Shown: positions 30,170-39,012 of the stretch, piece after piece
How positions within the stretch are numbered: position 1 is the stretch's first letter
Layout of the letters: every line of letters starts with the position of its first letter
Assembly (NCBI GenBank): GCA_903875225.1
Contig: CAIQVJ010000041.1
Coordinates: forward strand, 18,113-82,112
DNA: 64,000 nucleotides
Direction: 5' to 3'
Origin: an uncultured Pseudomonadota bacterium
GTDB lineage: Bacteria > Myxococcota_A > UBA796 > SXON01
Position numbers and translations under genes: made by a program
The notes under the pieces: model-generated
The model's database searches: none
What the model saw: only the letters and a program-made list of their open reading frames with translations
Told to the model about the DNA's origin: nothing

Positions 30170-31804
30170 ATGCGCGTCGTTTGCGACAATTGTGGTGCAT
30201 CTTACAAGATTCCTGACAGCAAGCTCACCCGTGAGGTGAACAAGGCGACCTGTCGGAAGTGTGGTCATGCCATCTACATCCGCCGATCCGGGGCGGATGG
30301 GTTGAACGAGGCGCCACTTTCACCAGCCGACGAGCGCACGGCGATCAAGTCCGTCGCGGATCTCGATCGGCCGACAGCGGTCCAGCATGACGCCTCGGGC
30401 GGGGACTCGACGATCCCCCGGGACGAGCCGATGATGGCCGAGCCGGCGCCGATGCTGCGCGGCTCGGGCGTGACGATCCTGCCGGTCGACGCCCGGGGCT
30501 CCAACGGCGCTTCGAACGGTCATGTGCCGTTCGGGCAGGCGGATCGTGATCGGCCCACGATCGCATCCCAGCCGGAGCGGGCGCCTTCTCGCCCCCCGGG
30601 CCGGTCGATGCCGCCCCCCATGTCCGTCCCCGAGGCGCAGCCCGCGCCCCAGCCTGCACCTGCGCTGGCGCCGGCGCCGATCTCTCCGCAACAGGCGCGC
30701 AATTCCCTGCCGCCGCTCGCGTCGCCCTCGCGGCCCGCGGCGCTCTCGACCCCGAGCGCGTTCGACCCCTCCTCGGACCTGAGTGTCGCGCTGCTGAGCA
30801 GCATGGTGGCGATCCTCGGTGTGGCGGTGCTCGTGGCGTCCAACCTCGTGGTGAGCACGTGGGCCGGCGCGGTGGGCGCCTTCCTGGCGCTGTTCGGCAT
30901 CCTCGTCGTCGTCCTGGTGTTGCTCACCGGCGGGCGGGGCGCGCGCAAGGCGAGCCTGTTCATGGCGGCCATCGGCGCTTTCGTGATCGCGCTGTTCGGC
31001 GCGGCGGCCACGGCCGCCGGCGGTTGGGCCCTGAACGGGTCCATCCCGGCTCCCCCGGCTCCTCCCATCGCCGCCGCTGCGCCCGAGGCCCCGCCCAAGC
31101 CCGACGCCGCCGCCGCCACCATGGCCGACGTCGCGCCGGCGCCACCGGCGGCTGACCCGACCACGCCTCCCGTAGCTGACGCCGCCGCTCCCGCGCCGGC
31201 TGTCGCCGACGCTGTCGCCCCGACCCCGCCCGCTCCGCCCGCCCCGGCCCCCGTCGTGGCGCCTGCGCCGGCTCCCGCGCCTACGCCCGTCTCCCGCACG
31301 AACGCGAGCCCGGAGCGCATCCCCGCGTCGTCGTCGTCCTCCTCCTCCAGCAGCTCGGACGCCGCGCGCGCCGCGGCCGCGGCCAAGGCCGCCGCGGATG
31401 CCCGCGCTGCTGCAGACGCGAAGGCGGCCGCGGATGCCCGCGCCAAGGCCAAGGCCGATGCCGCGGCCAGGGCCGCTGCGTCGACGGCTTCGAGCTCATC
31501 CGCCCCGACGGCGTCATCCTCCGCCTCGGCGATCAGCCTGCAGGTGGTCGACGTGATGCTGCGCTCCAACAAGGGTGTCAAGACCTGCTTCATCAACGAG
31601 ATGCACGACAACGGCGGCAGCGTGCCGAAGGGCGTGAAGGTCAAGCTCACCATCGACCCTTCCGGCAAGGTCTCCAAGGCCTCCACACAGGGCGACTACA
31701 ACGGGACCCCCTTCGACTCCTGCCTCGGCAGCGCGATCAAGGCGATCACGTTCCCGCCCTACGAGGGCGACCCCGTCTCGCTCACGTACCCCTTCCAGAC
31801 GTGA
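30170..31804 (+). CDS. MJ0042-type zinc-ribbon protein with TM segments, Ala/Pro-rich spacer and AgmX/PglI-type C-terminal domain
   Basis: [16 protein letters not shown]...ATCRKCGH zinc ribbon. Hydrophobic segments around aa 210-300. The C-terminus (VKTCFINE...[18 protein letters not shown]) is typical of the myxobacterial AgmX/PglI domain. Confidence 0.8.
   Translation: MRVVCDNCGASYKIPDSKLTREVNKATCRKCGHAIYIRRSGADGLNEAPLSPADERTAIKSVADLDRPTAVQHDASGGDSTIPRDEPMMAEPAPMLRGSGVTILPVDARGSNGASNGHVPFGQADRDRPTIASQPERAPSRPPGRSMPPPMSVPEAQPAPQPAPALAPAPISPQQARNSLPPLASPSRPAALSTPSAFDPSSDLSVALLSSMVAILGVAVLVASNLVVSTWAGAVGAFLALFGILVVVLVLLTGGRGARKASLFMAAIGAFVIALFGAAATAAGGWALNGSIPAPPAPPIAAAAPEAPPKPDAAAATMADVAPAPPAADPTTPPVADAAAPAPAVADAVAPTPPAPPAPAPVVAPAPAPAPTPVSRTNASPERIPASSSSSSSSSSDAARAAAAAKAAADARAAADAKAAADARAKAKADAAARAAASTASSSSAPTASSSASAISLQVVDVMLRSNKGVKTCFINEMHDNGGSVPKGVKVKLTIDPSGKVSKASTQGDYNGTPFDSCLGSAIKAITFPPYEGDPVSLTYPFQT
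31326..31476 (+). repeat. Low-complexity coding repeat (Ser10 run followed by AAADA[RK] repeats)
   Basis: A (TCG/TCC/AGC)10 run is followed by two near-identical copies of GC(C/G)GCCGCGGATGCCCGCGC, encoding [10 protein letters not shown]...[30 protein letters not shown]. Confidence 0.6.
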
Positions 31805-32004
31805 GCCTCATGGGGAGGGCCGCCTGGCGGCGCTCCCCGTCCCGCCGCACGATCGGCCCCAGAGTGGATCGACCGCGGCGAGTTGGCGTGTCCCCTGGGG
31901 AGTTCGCCCCGGGCCACACCTCCGCTGTCCCGCCCCGGTTGGGGCACCCTGTCGACACCTCGCCACTCGCGGCATACCCGCCGCCGCTCACTCCCGGAAC
32001 CGCT

Positions 32005-33822
32005 TTGTCTGCAATCATCCCGATCCGAAATATCGCCATCATCGCCCACGTCGACCATGGCAAGACCACGCTCGTAGACGGGCTGCTCAAGCAGGCCGGC
32101 ACCTGGCGCAGCAACGAACACGTCATCGACCGCGTCATGGACTCGATGGATCTGGAGCGTGAGCGCGGCATCACCATCATGGCGAAGGTCGCCTCCGTCC
32201 ACTACAAGGGCGTCAAGATCAACATCGTCGACACACCAGGGCACGCGGACTTCGGCGGCGAGGTCGAGCGCACCCTGAAGATGGTCGACGGCGCGATGCT
32301 GCTCGTGGACGCCTCCGAAGGTCCGCTCCCCCAGACGCGTTTCGTGCTCCGTAAGGCGCTCGAGGCCGGCCTCTCGATCATGGTGTGCATCAACAAGATC
32401 GACCGGCCCGACGCCCGCATCCCCGAGGTGATGAACGAGGTGTACGACCTGTTCATCGATCTCGGCGCGACCGAGGAGCAGATCGACTTCCCGGTCATCT
32501 ACGCCTGCGCGCGCGATGGCTGGTGTACCCGGGATCCCGAGGTCAAGGGCCCCGACTTCCAGCCGCTGTTCGACACGATCGTCGACCGCATCCGCCCTCC
32601 CAAGGCCGATCCCGATCACTCGCTCCAGCTCCTGATCACCCAGCTCGACTACGACAACTTCCTCGGCCGCATCGCGATCGGGCGGCTGTTCAACGGCGTG
32701 TTGCGCGAGAAGACCGACCTCCTGCTCTACGGCGAGAACGGCCCGCGCAAGGTCCGGGTCAACCAGCTCTTCACCTTCGAAGGCATGAAGCGCATCCCGG
32801 CCTCGATGGTCGAGTCGGGCGACTCCTGCGCCATCGCGGGCATCCCCGAGATCAACATCGGGGACACCATCACCCTGGTCGACAATCCGAGCCCCCTGCC
32901 GCGGCTCACGGTCGACGAGCCCACGATCGGCATGACGTTCTCGTCGAACAACTCGCCGTTCTCGGGCCGCGAGGGGAAATACGTCACGGCCCGCCAGATC
33001 CGCGAGCGCCTCGAGAAGGAGATGCTCACCAACGTGGCCCTCCGGCTCGAAGACACGGGCAGCTCCGAGACGATGCGCGTGTTCGGCCGCGGCGAGCTGT
33101 AGCTCGCGATCCTCATCGAACAGATGAGGCGTGAAGGCTACGAGATGAGCGTCTCGAAGCCCGAGGTCAAGATCCGCGAGGAAGGCGGCCGCAAGCTGGA
33201 GCCCTACGAGGACGCCCAGCTCGACTTCCCCGAGTCCTTCATGGGTGTCGTCACCCAGAAGATGGCGCTGCGAAAGGGCCGGATGACCGAGATGAAGTCC
33301 GACGGCTCCGGGCGCGTTCGGCTCAACTTCCGCGTTCCTGCTCGGGGCCTCATCGGGTTCCGTGGCGAGTACCTGAACGACACCCGGGGAATGGGACTGC
33401 TCAACACGATCTTCGACGGCTGGGACGACTGGGCCGGGTTCATCCAGGCGCGGATCCAGGGCTCGCTCATCAGCGACCGCACGGGCAAGGCCACGACCTA
33501 CGCGATCTGGCACCTCCAGCCGCGTGGTCGGCTGTTCATCAGCCCCGGCTGCGAGGTCTACGAAGGCATGATCGTCGGTGAAAATGCTCGTGAGAACGAC
33601 ATGATCATCAACGTCGTCCGTGAGAAGCACCTCACCAACGTGCGCGCGTCCGGCGCCGACGAGAAGCAGATCCTCGTCCCGCCGATCCAGGTCACGCTGG
33701 AGAAGGCCCTGGAGTACCTCTCCGAGGATGAGCTGGTCGAGGTCACGCCGGGCAGCATCCGCATGCGCAAGAAGCAGTTGCAGGGCAACCTGCGGTCGCT
33801 GGTTCGGACCGAGCGGGACTGA
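32005..33822 (+). pseudogene. typA: Translational GTPase TypA/BipA interrupted by one in-frame TAG
   Basis: G1 [10 protein letters not shown]3 DTPGH and G4 NKID motifs. Both ORFs (31801-33102 and 33124-33822) are in the same frame. The sequence reads ...[20 protein letters not shown] where homologues have GRGEL(H/Q)L. The proposed start is TTG at 32005 ([16 protein letters not shown]) and is uncertain. Confidence 0.85.
33100..33102 (+). other. In-frame amber stop codon inside typA
   Basis: The codon series is GGC GAG CTG TAG CTC GCG ATC. A single C-to-T change of CAG (Gln) would produce it. Confidence 0.9.
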
Positions 33823-33834
33823 GGCCAAGGTGGC

Positions 33835-33860
33835 GGCCTCGCCCCCATCGGGGTGAGGCC
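33835..33860. terminator. Strong GC-rich hairpin between convergent genes (candidate bidirectional terminator)
   Basis: GGCCTCGCCCC-catc-GGGGTGAGGCC forms an 11-bp stem with one G-U pair. It sits between the typA stop (33822) and the stop of the minus-strand gene (33897). Confidence 0.5.
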
Positions 33861-33896
33861 AGCCCCGCCGCAGAACGGCCGTGCGCCCCGCAGCCG

Positions 33897-34370
33897 TCAG
33901 GGCGCTGCGAGCTTCTGCTGCAGCCGCTCGAACACCGCGGCATCCTCGCGCCCGCGCACGGCGTCGCGCCCGCGCTGCACGATGTCCCACTGGCGTTTAT
34001 CGAGCGTGGTGCCCAGCTCCACCCCCACCTCCATCAGCGCGACGTTGAGCTGGTGGCGCTCGTTTCGGAGCGCGAGCACGCGCTGACGGGCTGCCCTAAG
34101 GGCTTCGACGTGCGGCGTGATCGCCGCGCGGGTCGCCGGGTCGAGGTCCATGCCCTCGAGCAGGTCGGCGACCGCTGTCGCCTCCTCGCCGCCGCGACCG
34201 GCCGGCTGGGACCGATCGGATCGCAGCGCCTTCTCGTACTCCAACGAGACGGGCACGAACAGCGGCAGGGTCTCGTGCGTCGGTCGCTCGACGAAAAGCA
34301 GGCTCGCCAGCACGCAGTTGCCGATGACGAGCAGCGCGCAGATCGCCCAGAGTGCGCGGCTCGGGGTCAT
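33897..34370 (-). CDS. Small membrane-anchored or periplasmic helical protein
   Basis: ATG at 34370 gives MTPSRALWAICALLVIGNCVLASLLF, followed by helical repeats. It overlaps the upstream stop by 4 nt (ATGA). Confidence 0.65.
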   Translation of the reverse strand: MTPSRALWAICALLVIGNCVLASLLFVERPTHETLPLFVPVSLEYEKALRSDRSQPAGRGGEEATAVADLLEGMDLDPATRAAITPHVEALRAARQRVLALRNERHQLNVALMEVGVELGTTLDKRQWDIVQRGRDAVRGREDAAVFERLQQKLAAP

Positions 34371-34909
34371 GGCGTCCCTGAACGATCGGGGGGGCGACCG
34401 GGCGGCGGGCCGCGCTGCGCCGGGGGCTGGGACTGCGTGGTCGCGCGCACCCGCTCGGCCTGTTCCGGCGGCAGGAGGTTGGCGATCGCGGTGATCTCGG
34501 TCTGGATCTCCGCCTCGCCATCCAGCGCTTCCACCTGAACCTCGTGGATCCGTGTGTGGTCGGCCTGCGCGCCATCCAGGATGGCCTTGACCCGAGCAGC
34601 CTGCGCGGGGGTGAGCGGCGCGCCTTCGGCGTCGAGCGCCTCCACGCCACGCAGCAGCGCGTCGAGCGAGAGCGTGCTCCCGAGCCACGCGTAGGCGGTC
34701 TGCATGTCGCGGGCGTCCGCCTGGTGCCGCACGTCCGCCACCAGGGCCTGGGCCTCCTCGCGGTCGAGCGGGTTGCCGCCGGGCACGACGTCCACCATGG
34801 GCGTCATCACGTAGATCGTGTGGTTCTCGGACGCCTCGCGCCACACGGCCACGCCCAGCCCCACCTGCGAGAGCACGAGCAGCGAGGCGAGCAGCGCCGG
34901 CGCCTTCAC
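34367..34909 (-). CDS. Periplasmic helical protein, Spy/CpxP-like (LTxxQ motif)
   Basis: Signal peptide MKAPALLASLLVLSQVGLGVA. LTPAQ motif within APLTPAQAARVKAIL. The GTG start overlaps the hydrolase stop (GTGA). Confidence 0.6.
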   Translation of the reverse strand: MKAPALLASLLVLSQVGLGVAVWREASENHTIYVMTPMVDVVPGGNPLDREEAQALVADVRHQADARDMQTAYAWLGSTLSLDALLRGVEALDAEGAPLTPAQAARVKAILDGAQADHTRIHEVQVEALDGEAEIQTEITAIANLLPPEQAERVRATTQSQPPAQRGPPPGRPPDRSGTP

Positions 34910-35721
34910 AGCGCCGCCCAGAACCGGCGTACGGTCGTGTTCACGGTGTCGGCGGCCTCCACGTTGAGCCCGTGCCCCACGCCCTGGAGCACGCTGGTCT
35001 GGGCCCAGGGCATCCAGCGCTCGAGCAGCCGCAGGTTGAGCGGGCGCACGCAGACGTCGGCGGTGCCGTGCATCAGCAGCGTGGGGATCGCGTGCAGGAG
35101 CCCAAGCTCGCGCCCGGTGCGATGCCCGGAGACTGCTGCCACCTGCGCGCGAAAGCCTCTCGTCGACTGCGGATCCCCGAGCGCGCCGGTCATCATGCGC
35201 GTGCGCAGCTGATCGCGGTGCTCGGCCAGGAAGCGGGGCGAGTACAGGAGGCGCGACACGTGGTGGAACCGGGCCTCTGGCGTACGGGCGGTCTGCAGCG
35301 CGAGGAACCGCGCGATCGTGGTCGGCGGGGGGGCGGCGGCCAGCCCGCCGCCGTGCGTCGCGAGCAACGTGAGGGAGCGCACACGCTCCGGGTTCCGGAG
35401 GGCGAGCCGCTGTGCGATCATGCCGCCCATGGAAATGCCGACGACGTGGGCGCGACCCACGCCGAGCGTGTCCAGCAGGGCGACGGCGTCGTCCGCCATC
35501 TGTGCGGTGCTGTAGGGCCCCGGCGGGGTGTCGCTCTCGCCGCTGCCCCGGTTGTCGAAGCGGATGCAGGTGCCCACCTGCTTCCAGTCGCTCACCTGCA
35601 GCTCCCAGCCCGCGCGGTTCACCCCCAGCCCCATGATCAGGAGCACGGGCGGACCGCTCCCCTCGACGTCGTAGGCGAGCTTCAGGCCCGGGCCCGCGGC
35701 TGTACGTACGGTCGTGAACAT
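34906..35721 (-). CDS. Alpha/beta-fold hydrolase
   Basis: ATG at 35721 (MFTTVRT). HG-type oxyanion region LLIMGLG, nucleophile elbow GISMGG, and C-terminal MHGTADV...GHG. Confidence 0.85.
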   Translation of the reverse strand: MFTTVRTAAGPGLKLAYDVEGSGPPVLLIMGLGVNRAGWELQVSDWKQVGTCIRFDNRGSGESDTPPGPYSTAQMADDAVALLDTLGVGRAHVVGISMGGMIAQRLALRNPERVRSLTLLATHGGGLAAAPPPTTIARFLALQTARTPEARFHHVSRLLYSPRFLAEHRDQLRTRMMTGALGDPQSTRGFRAQVAAVSGHRTGRELGLLHAIPTLLMHGTADVCVRPLNLRLLERWMPWAQTSVLQGVGHGLNVEAADTVNTTVRRFWAAL

Positions 35722-35746
35722 TCGCGAATGTACTCCGCGCGCGGAG
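35718..35746. promoter_or_regulatory. Two adjacent perfect 14-bp palindromes at the start of the hydrolase gene (candidate operator)
   Basis: ACATTCGCGAATGT at 35718-35731 overlaps the ATG. CTCCGCGCGCGGAG follows at 35733-35746. Confidence 0.3.
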
Positions 35747-35976
35747 ACCGGGCGGCGGGATCTATGTTCGATAGCGCGAGATCTACGAGGCGACACGCGT
35801 GGGCTCGGCCGAGCGAGGCTGCGCTATTCTGCTGTCGCGAGACAGGCGGAGAGGGCCTGATCCAGGGCGTCGGCCCCCGCCGGGCTGCAGTCGCCGGCCA
35901 GGTACGCCCTGGTGCGGCATCCAGGGGTGTATGGCACGGCCCTTGCTTTCGGTCGGTGCACACCCCGGAAATCCCG

Positions 35977-36906
35977 ATGTTCACGCTGCTGCTCGCCTTC
36001 TCCACCCTCGCAAGCGCCCAGACCACGGGCATCCTCGGGGTGCGCTACACGGATGGTTCGGTCGCCACCTGGGCGGTGACCGACGAGGGCGAGGTCACCC
36101 GGCTCGGCTCCGGGATCGCGGTCCCGACCGCGCAGGGCTGGGCCGTCGTCGACCGGATGACCATGAGCCGGGCGCCGGACGCCACCGAGGACGTGCTGCG
36201 CATCGGGCCCGCCGGTCACCTCCCCGCGCTCCCCGGCCCCTGCGCGGGCGACGACGTGGACAACGTTCGGACCGAGACGCCCGACGCCAGCTACTCCGAC
36301 AGCATCACGATCCTTTCGGTCAGCCCCACGCTGCTGACCTACGAGGTCTCGGGCAACGCCTGGACCGGCGGCGCGCACCCGGGCGCCTGGGACGACGTCT
36401 ACGCGGTCGCCATCCCGTCCGGCACGGCCGTGGCGTTCGGCGACGTGTTCAAGGGGCAGGACGCCGCGTTCATGATGGCATCCAACGCGAGGTCGGCGAC
36501 CATGACCGCCGAGGAACGCTGGTGCTTCGAGGGCGACGCGAGCGAGTGGGCGCTCGTGCGCTCCGGCGGGCACTGGGTCGCCCGGGGACGGTTCGCGTAC
36601 GGACCGCAGGCGTGCCGCGGTGCCTCGCTCGACTTCACCGTTCCCATCGCAATCCCGGCGTCGGTGACGGGCCCGGACAGGCTCGTGGACAGGCTCCCCG
36701 CGGGAGCAATCGACGAGGTGCAGAGCCCCGACGGGTTGATCGACGTGCTCGTGACCCCCGCCGGGCTGACGATCTCCGCCCCCGACGAAGAGGGCCTCGT
36801 CATCGCCAGGGCCGGCGCGCAGATCGTCATGGCCCAGTGGGCGACGGGGGATGCCGCGGTGCGGTGGCCGATGGAGGCGATGCTGGCGCTGGAGGCGCCT
36901 CGTTAG
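35977..36906 (+). CDS. Secreted DUF3298/RsiV-like protein
   Basis: Signal peptide MFTLLLAFSTLASA. The TGGAHP motif (SGNAWTGGAHPGAW) is characteristic of the DUF3298 / PdaC-RsiV C-terminal fold. Confidence 0.7.
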   Translation: MFTLLLAFSTLASAQTTGILGVRYTDGSVATWAVTDEGEVTRLGSGIAVPTAQGWAVVDRMTMSRAPDATEDVLRIGPAGHLPALPGPCAGDDVDNVRTETPDASYSDSITILSVSPTLLTYEVSGNAWTGGAHPGAWDDVYAVAIPSGTAVAFGDVFKGQDAAFMMASNARSATMTAEERWCFEGDASEWALVRSGGHWVARGRFAYGPQACRGASLDFTVPIAIPASVTGPDRLVDRLPAGAIDEVQSPDGLIDVLVTPAGLTISAPDEEGLVIARAGAQIVMAQWATGDAAVRWPMEAMLALEAPR

Positions 36907-37389
36907 CTACCGCTGGAAGTCGCGCCCCTTGACCGTCTTGCGGCCGTCCGCCCGTGCAACGCGAATCGCGGCGTCCGCATGCGCCCGCACGATGTCCGAG
37001 AGCGCATCGAGCACGTCCGCGGAGGTGTTCATGTCCGCCTTGTCCGCGATGTACTGCTTGAGTCGCGAGGCGACGATCAGGATGTCGTCGGTGACGGGCT
37101 CGGGCGGGGCCGAGGGCACGATCCGGCGCCGGGCCTCGCCGGCCGGCTCGCTCGCCTGCGGGCTCGTGGCCTTGACCGTGACGAGGGTGGACTCCTCGCG
37201 CGGCGCCCGCTCCTCCTCGCACCACGCGTCGCGGTGGTTCATCACCGGCACGTGCGCGTCCCAGCAGCCCGGGCAGCAGAAGACGAGGCCGGTCCGCGCG
37301 CGGTTGCACGTCGAGACCGAGCACACCTGGTAGAGCTGGCCGTGCGCGATGGGCTTCTTGCAGGAGCTACAGAGTCGCCAGGTGCTCAT
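36907..37389 (-). CDS. ZZ-type zinc finger fused to a histone-fold domain (bacterial histone-like protein)
   Basis: N-terminal Cys/His cluster C7-x2-C10...C23-x4-C28...C38C39-x2-C42-x3-H46-x5-H52. The C-terminus SRLKQYIADKADMNTSADVLDALSDIVRAHADAAIRVARADGRKTVKGRDF resembles archaeal HMfB ...EAIKLARHAGRKTIKAEDI. Confidence 0.8.
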   Translation of the reverse strand: MSTWRLCSSCKKPIAHGQLYQVCSVSTCNRARTGLVFCCPGCWDAHVPVMNHRDAWCEEERAPREESTLVTVKATSPQASEPAGEARRRIVPSAPPEPVTDDILIVASRLKQYIADKADMNTSADVLDALSDIVRAHADAAIRVARADGRKTVKGRDFQR

Positions 37390-37427
37390 TCTCGCGCCAT
37401 AACCGGCGCCCACCCGCGAATGGGGGC

Positions 37428-38096
37428 CTACTGCGACGAAGGCGCGCCACCGGAGTCGTGCGCGCCCGCGTGCCCGCTGCCGTGCTCGCCCATCTGGTCG
37501 CTGCCCGTGTCCCTGCCCGTGTCGTCCCCATCGTCCGGATCCTCGCAGTCCTCGCAGGCCAGCGAGCCCTCGGCCTCCTCGGCTTCGTCCAGCCAGGAGT
37601 CGCCATCGTCGTCCTTGTACAGGGCTGTCCCTGCCTCGAGGAGCACGGCGATCTCGGAGTCCGAACCGGTCTGCCAGGTGGCGGCATCGACCCAGTTCGC
37701 CGCCCCGAAGCGCAGGACGAGCGAGCCGTTGGTGGAGAACGAACCTACGACCACCACGCTCGATACCGGCACGGTGCGCTCTACACCGGCGGCGGTGAGA
37801 GCGATGCCGCCCGGAAACTTGAACGTCAATGCGGTCCACTCGCCCGGCGGGGGCTGGATCGACGTGTCGGAGAGCAGGTTGAGGGTGGCGTCCGTCGCCA
37901 GCGTACAGGTGGTGTCCGCGCCGGTCAGCCAGACCGTGGAGGCATCCCCCGTGGCCGAGGTGAAGTCGACGCCGTCGCCGTTGGCCAGCTGCAGGGCCAG
38001 GACCGTCGGGTTCCCTACCGCGATGCCCTGGTCGGGCTGCGGGATGCACCCCATGACGCCGAACACCGAGAGCGCGAGGAGCCGACCCTGAATCAT
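37428..38096 (-). CDS. Lipoprotein with acidic C-terminal tail
   Basis: MIQGRLLALSVFGVMGC lipobox. The ATG overlaps the upstream stop (ATGA). C-terminus is DDDGDSWLDEAEEAEG...DPDDGDDTGRDTGSD. Confidence 0.75.
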   Translation of the reverse strand: MIQGRLLALSVFGVMGCIPQPDQGIAVGNPTVLALQLANGDGVDFTSATGDASTVWLTGADTTCTLATDATLNLLSDTSIQPPPGEWTALTFKFPGGIALTAAGVERTVPVSSVVVVGSFSTNGSLVLRFGAANWVDAATWQTGSDSEIAVLLEAGTALYKDDDGDSWLDEAEEAEGSLACEDCEDPDDGDDTGRDTGSDQMGEHGSGHAGAHDSGGAPSSQ

Positions 38097-38932
38097 TCCG
38101 AGGGCATCGTAAGCGGAAACAGGTTGAGGTTCACCTGGTACACGACCTGCCGCTGTCCGGCTGCCCCGTCGCAGCGCTCGAGGAGTCGCTCCTGGAACAG
38201 GTCGATCTCCCGCTTCAACTCGGGGAGCAACGCGGGCGCGACCGAGACTGTGAGCGCCGAGAAGTGTCGTTCAGGAGCAGCGATTCGCAGGAGCGCCTCC
38301 CGAGCCCTGTCCAGCATCGCCACGTGGTAGCTCACCGCTGCCATGCTCGCGACCTCATGCGGGGTCGCGAAGCTGCCCGGCACCGAGACGGTCCTGCCCT
38401 CGCGCTCCTCGAGCATGCCGAGCGCCCGGAGCACTTCGAGCCCCTGGGCCGCCTGCTCCGGGGTGATGGCGGGACGCAGTCGCGGGGCGAGCCACTCCGG
38501 ATCCGCCTTGAAGCCGGTGCAGGACCCGTACTCGTGGATCGCGGCGATGTACCAGCGGGTGAGCACCTGCAGGGACTCGTTCCCGAGGCGCACGGCCTCC
38601 CGGAAGCGCACCGTGGCCCGGACCCGCTCCTCGGCCGCCGCGCGCTGGGCGGGACTGTCGGAGTGCTCGGCGGCGACGAGCGCAGTGAAGTACTCGCCGG
38701 ACTCGAAGTCGAGGTTCAGCGCCTTCAGGAACCCCTCGGTGGTGGTGGCCGTGAGGTTGCGCTGGCCGTCGATCACCGCCAGCAGCAGGCTCGGCGACGA
38801 GATCCCTGCGCGCCGCGCGAACACCCGGTTGCTGTACCGGGGGTACACGGTCTTGATCCACGCGAACCACGCCGCGAGGAACGTGCGGTAGGACGAAAAC
38901 CGGTAGATGTCGGGCTGGGGGGCGGGGGGCAT
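38093..38932 (-). CDS. TIGR02147/DUF4423-family putative HTH regulator
   Basis: DIYRFSSYRTFLAAWFAWIKTVYPRYSNRVFARRAGISSPSLLLAVIDGQRNL is the typical N-terminal HTH region of this family, which is abundant in Myxococcota and Bdellovibrionota. Confidence 0.75.
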   Translation of the reverse strand: MPPAPQPDIYRFSSYRTFLAAWFAWIKTVYPRYSNRVFARRAGISSPSLLLAVIDGQRNLTATTTEGFLKALNLDFESGEYFTALVAAEHSDSPAQRAAAEERVRATVRFREAVRLGNESLQVLTRWYIAAIHEYGSCTGFKADPEWLAPRLRPAITPEQAAQGLEVLRALGMLEEREGRTVSVPGSFATPHEVASMAAVSYHVAMLDRAREALLRIAAPERHFSALTVSVAPALLPELKREIDLFQERLLERCDGAAGQRQVVYQVNLNLFPLTMPSE

Positions 38933-39012
38933 GATTCAGAGTATGGCTGGGTTTTTGGCGCTCGATCCGGGGCCCGGACGATTTGGACCCGGTGCGAGTA
39001 CGATCGGGGGCG

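Noticed and set aside
33100-33102. TAG in typA as pyrrolysine or other programmed recoding.
   Set aside because: No pyl genes or recoding signals are visible in the window. Other genes here use TAG as an ordinary terminator, for example at 1015, 25787, 29090 and 36904. A nonsense mutation or a base-call error is more parsimonious.
35755-35775. A third LexA-like site (..ATCTATGTTCGATAG..) in the hydrolase/DUF3298 intergenic region.
   Set aside because: It matches only about 9 of 16 comparable consensus positions, and GTTCGA replaces GTTCAG. That is within background expectation.
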